Program-made: the position numbers and the translations under genes
Assembly (NCBI GenBank): GCA_002633005.1
Contig: NMRA01000724.1
Location: 6,328-70,327, forward strand
Reading direction: 5' to 3'
Source: Phoronis australis
Lineage: Eukaryota > Animalia > Phoronida
DNA length: 64,000 bases
Part shown: positions 60,145 to 64,000 of the stretch, one piece after another
Layout of the letters: the number at the start of each line of letters is the position of its first letter
Position numbering within the stretch: the stretch's first letter is position 1
The notes under the pieces: model-generated
The model's input: the letters and a program-made list of their open reading frames with translations, nothing else
What the model was told of the DNA's origin: nothing
The model's database searches: none

Positions 60145-61730
60145 CTAATTGTTTTTCTTTAAATCTTCAACTTTGATGGTGCCCAGTCTCTTAATGTTTG
60201 TATACGTTGTTTTGAAACAAAAGTAGATTGCCAATGAAGTCAATAAGAAACAGCCCATAATAAAAGCAGCGATGTCGATCATTGCAGATTTCAACACTAG
60301 CATATCTAAGGAAACTGGGCGTAGATATTTTCCACCATTTTTCATGACGTAATCAATCCAAAAAGCTGCTGTTTTTCTGGGTGTCATTGATTTGGATTAA
60401 ACGCGATCGACGCCTTCTTTATGTTTACAGCGTAAGTAGGATCATCAAGTATTGTTGTTACGGCGATAACGACGTCATCAGGCGTGAACGTTTTTAAGTC
60501 GAGCCACAGACCAAAGCCCTTATTTTCGATAATTCTTGCATTGACTGGTTGGTCATTTGGAGTTATGGGCAGTCCGAGCAGTGGTACACCATGATACAAT
60601 GCCTCGTACAAACTGTTGGCTCCACAGTGGGTAATGAAGAGTTTAGTATTAGAGTGACCGAGAATATCATTTTGAGGAATCCATTCTTCTAATCTCACAT
60701 TTGAACTAAGACGAAGACTAGATGGGTCGTGAACTTTCATAACAACTTTTTGTTTTAAGCGGGGAAAGGCATCTAGGACGTTCTGCAGGTAGATTACAGG
60801 CAGTGTCTTCAAAACTGATCCCAGGGAGAACAAGACAACCCCATTTTCTGCACTAGACATGAACGATTCCAGGCTTTCTTGTAGGGGCTTAGCTGGTGCT
60901 GGTGCTGTTGTTAGTCCACCAACAAGTATGGAATTGGGCATTAACGCCCATGGATAGCCCAAAATGGGATCTTTTGTTCCATATAACCACAGCAAACATT
61001 CTGACATCAATGCTCGAAAACACAGGTCAGCTTTTGTGTGGGAAAGGTGCTTTCTAATTAAACATTGTCCATCCTTGGGAAAATCGGCAAAGTTAAATAT
61101 AAGCATTTCAAAAAATGTTCGCAGGCGTCCGAAGACGTTCATTGTAATTGGCGTTAGTTTTGTGAAGGGATTCACCTCTACTACTGGCCAAAACGGTGCT
61201 CCAGATAAGAAAGTCTCAGACGCAGGAGTTTCGGCAACAAATGGAACACCAAGCTTTTGGGGAAGCAAAGCAAAGCAACCGTGTGAACGGTATGCCATCT
61301 AGCAATACCAAGTCGACTTTCTCATTTCTCACTGTGTTTAAGAATTCCTCGTCTGAAAGCATGGCGTCACAATAGTGAATGCTTCTTTCACTCATCTCAT
61401 CAAGCAGGTAATTCAAGGGCGTGTGAGTGGAGTCTTCCATTAGCTTGTCCATGTCCTTACCAAATGGCATTGGAACATGAGATGGTGAAGTTTTAAATGT
61501 TATTACAGAAATGTTGGTGTTTTTCAAAACTTTTTCAGTCGGAACCGTCTCCTCAACTACAGTACTCACTCGGTGACCCATTTTGGTCAATTCATCCCCA
61601 AGGCAGCGTGTTGAAACATGTGGCTCAACACGGGTGCACTGACCAATAGAATGGGTTCTGAATGGCAAAGGTAAGGTTGCAGAATTAATACGATTGCGCA
61701 AAATACACCTCTCACCTTGACACCAGCCAT
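60145..61730 (-). pseudogene. UGT: UDP-glycosyltransferase (animal UGT family), intron-free coding region with three frameshifts
   Basis: Signal peptide MAGVKVRGVFCAIVLILQPYLCHSE, catalytic-His motif VLSH, GHRV, DLVLLDG, signature WIPQNDILGHSNTKLFITHCGANSLYEALYHGVP...DQ, AAFWIDYV, TM helix and C-terminal KKNN. Frame changes near 61597, 61280 and 60395. Confidence 0.88.
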
Positions 61731-62569
61731 GTAAATTCTTTGCTTGAAAGGGAAAAGGGAATAAACCAGTGGCTGATAAGAACTTCCCGGAGCATATGAT
61801 AGGCCAAGGTCCATTGCACTGTTTACAGTTCAATTGGTCTAATAGGTAAAGATTATCATCCTTGGAGTGGTTATTATGTAGAAAAGTTTATATTGCGATT
61901 TTTTATTGAATGACACTCTCTCTATTCAAATGCATGGAATCTAGTACTAAAATAGTAAAAATCCTGAAACAAAATTACGAAAAGTTTATTCATAATGATT
62001 GGATGTCCCTGGTATGTGAATGCCCGGGACCGTCGCCCCGTCGGCCCCCAAGATGCTGGGCTCACCGAATTAGTTTTCTTTACAATCGCTTACATAAAGA
62101 CACCTCTGGCAAATTGGTTTAATGATTGAAATCCTTTTGAAAACGAATTAACTTTGGTACACGATGACAGTTGTGTTTTAATGTCATTTTCGTGTATTTC
62201 CGAGTTGATATTGATGCTCTGACGCCAGTTGCAGATAATTTTTTTTTCTGGATTTGAGCTCATCAAATAATAAACTTTTGACTTCTACTCAAAAAGTTAC
62301 ATCATCGTTTTTTCTTGTATGTGTTAATTTGATGCCCATATAAAAATGGTGGTCTCCAACTTCATTTTGTGTCATTATAAGAATGAGCAATTTGACCTCA
62401 AAAGGTCGCCAATTTCAAGATTACTGTTACCCGCTACTTGTCACTAGATGGCGTTTATGCTATCTATATGGGATTATGAAATAATTTTTGTTGATTCGAA
62501 AAATAGTCAAGAAATTTCTTCTTTAATAAATTCGAAATTGTCAAACCTTGTTTATGTTTTTAATCATTT

Positions 62570-64000
62570 AATGCTACATCAAGTGGTGATTCCTTTTTCA
62601 CAAATTGTAAATTATGAAATGCCTCATTATCACTGAAAAATATTGCGTCTCTCATATGTGTCAAAAGCAACTTAAAATGATGTGCACCAAAAAGTTGTGA
62701 CAATAGTGAGACAGTTTGAAAATTTTGACAAGTGACAAATTGTGACTTGCCATTAAACATGAATCCATTCTCCGCCAGCCTGAAACAAATTGTTTTTTAC
62801 CCTTGGCAACTAGCCCTTGGTGAAGAAGTATAGTGGGTTACACTGAACCCTTGGCCTGCTTCATGAGGTTGCAGGTCCTAACATCAACCCTGAATTGCTT
62901 TTGAGTAGTCATTACATAAACATCACAAAACTGAAACTCTGCAGTTCACATTTTCACCTAAATTAGCCAGTAAATCGTTTTTGCAATTTTAAAGTTTTTG
63001 TGTCAAAACAACTCTCCAAGCAATGTACAGATTGAGCATGGTTCTTTAAACAATACGAGGTGCGTGTATGTAGTATGGTTGGTCACAATTTGCTCACATA
63101 GTTCGTTTTTGGTTTATTTTCTACTACTAATTCTTTTTGTCCTCAGTTATTCTCACAGTACCTTGTTTGCTGCCATTGTTAATATTGAATGTTTTTGTTC
63201 TTTAACATCTTCATCTGTAAAAAGTCATAATACATATCAACTTTACTGGTGTAGGGAAGTGGTTTTAAAAGTTATCACAAACTTAAGATTAATGGTTTAA
63301 AAAAGCTATCAAATAGCATTATATTTTGAAACAACAAATTGGTGCAATATCATTTAAAACTTGAGCAGAACATGGCTGCCCTTTTAGAAACAGAACTGGT
63401 CCAACAATAATGCGGCTTTTGCCTGTGATGGTTTGTGGGACATTGTTTTGCTCATCCAAATGCACCTTAAATTACTAATTATAAGTACTATGTGCATAAT
63501 GCTGCAAAATTGATCCTCAAATCATGAATGCTGTCCAGTCATAATGTGAAATTTTATTTTTGTTATCCACTTGGTTGTGATAGTTCGCCTGCTCATAAAT
63601 GTGCATTATATTTCTATTACGAATGTGTGTTTTGTACTACAATTATTGTCTGCTAATAGTTGAATAATAATAGTTAAATGGTGGACTAGCTGTCGGTTGT
63701 CTTATTTATAGTAAAGCAGTTAGAAGGGAGTGGGATTCTGTACTACTTAGTGCCTTGGGTTTCGTAGATAGTTGTCTTCAAGTGCTTTGGATGACAAAAG
63801 TTAGTCTGATGTCAGTTTTAGTAGTGTTTGTAATAAAAGTCTGATGTCAGTATCAGTAGTGTTTGAAATAAAAGCGAAGAACTTATTATGCGCTTGTTTT
63901 TGTGTTTGTACACGTATCTCGTTCAGAGCTATCAAATTCACCACTTCAACTCATATCCGGTCGTGTCTCGAAATGCGCAACTAAAACATGGCACCACCGC
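62570..64000 (+). repeat. Diverged duplicate of 52470-53880 (TNFR 3' UTR and downstream flank)
   Basis: Colinear match from tcaagtggtg..cacaaattgtaaattatgaaatgcctcattatcactgaaaaatattg through gctatcaaattcac to the window end. Confidence 0.92.

Noticed and set aside
60964-61302. 112 aa plus-strand ORF
   Set aside because: Antisense shadow of the UGT coding sequence.

Overview
AT-rich eukaryotic genomic scaffold, most likely from an invertebrate animal (inferred from the gene and repeat content), with four assembly gaps. Two host genes can be read. (1) A 15-exon plus-strand gene (about 11259-51869, 462 aa as reconstructed by hand) encodes a TNF-receptor-superfamily death receptor: signal peptide, four cysteine-rich domains, stalk, transmembrane helix, a cytoplasmic linker built from symmetric micro-exons, and a C-terminal death domain. 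Most exons are absent from the ORF track. (2) A minus-strand UDP-glycosyltransferase (60145-61730) with an intron-free coding region is broken by three frameshifts. The rest is dense with non-autonomous transposons. These include Helentron/HINE-type elements carrying a ~450 bp (3 x ~150 bp) tandem core whose most conserved motif matches the CTCF consensus, nested EnSpm-, P-, hAT-, Kolobok- and IS3EU-like elements with readable target-site duplications, and HERO and LOA-like non-LTR remnants. A diverged second copy of the receptor 3' UTR region starts at ~62570 and suggests a tandem segmental duplication. All gene models and family assignments were made by eye; no searches were run.
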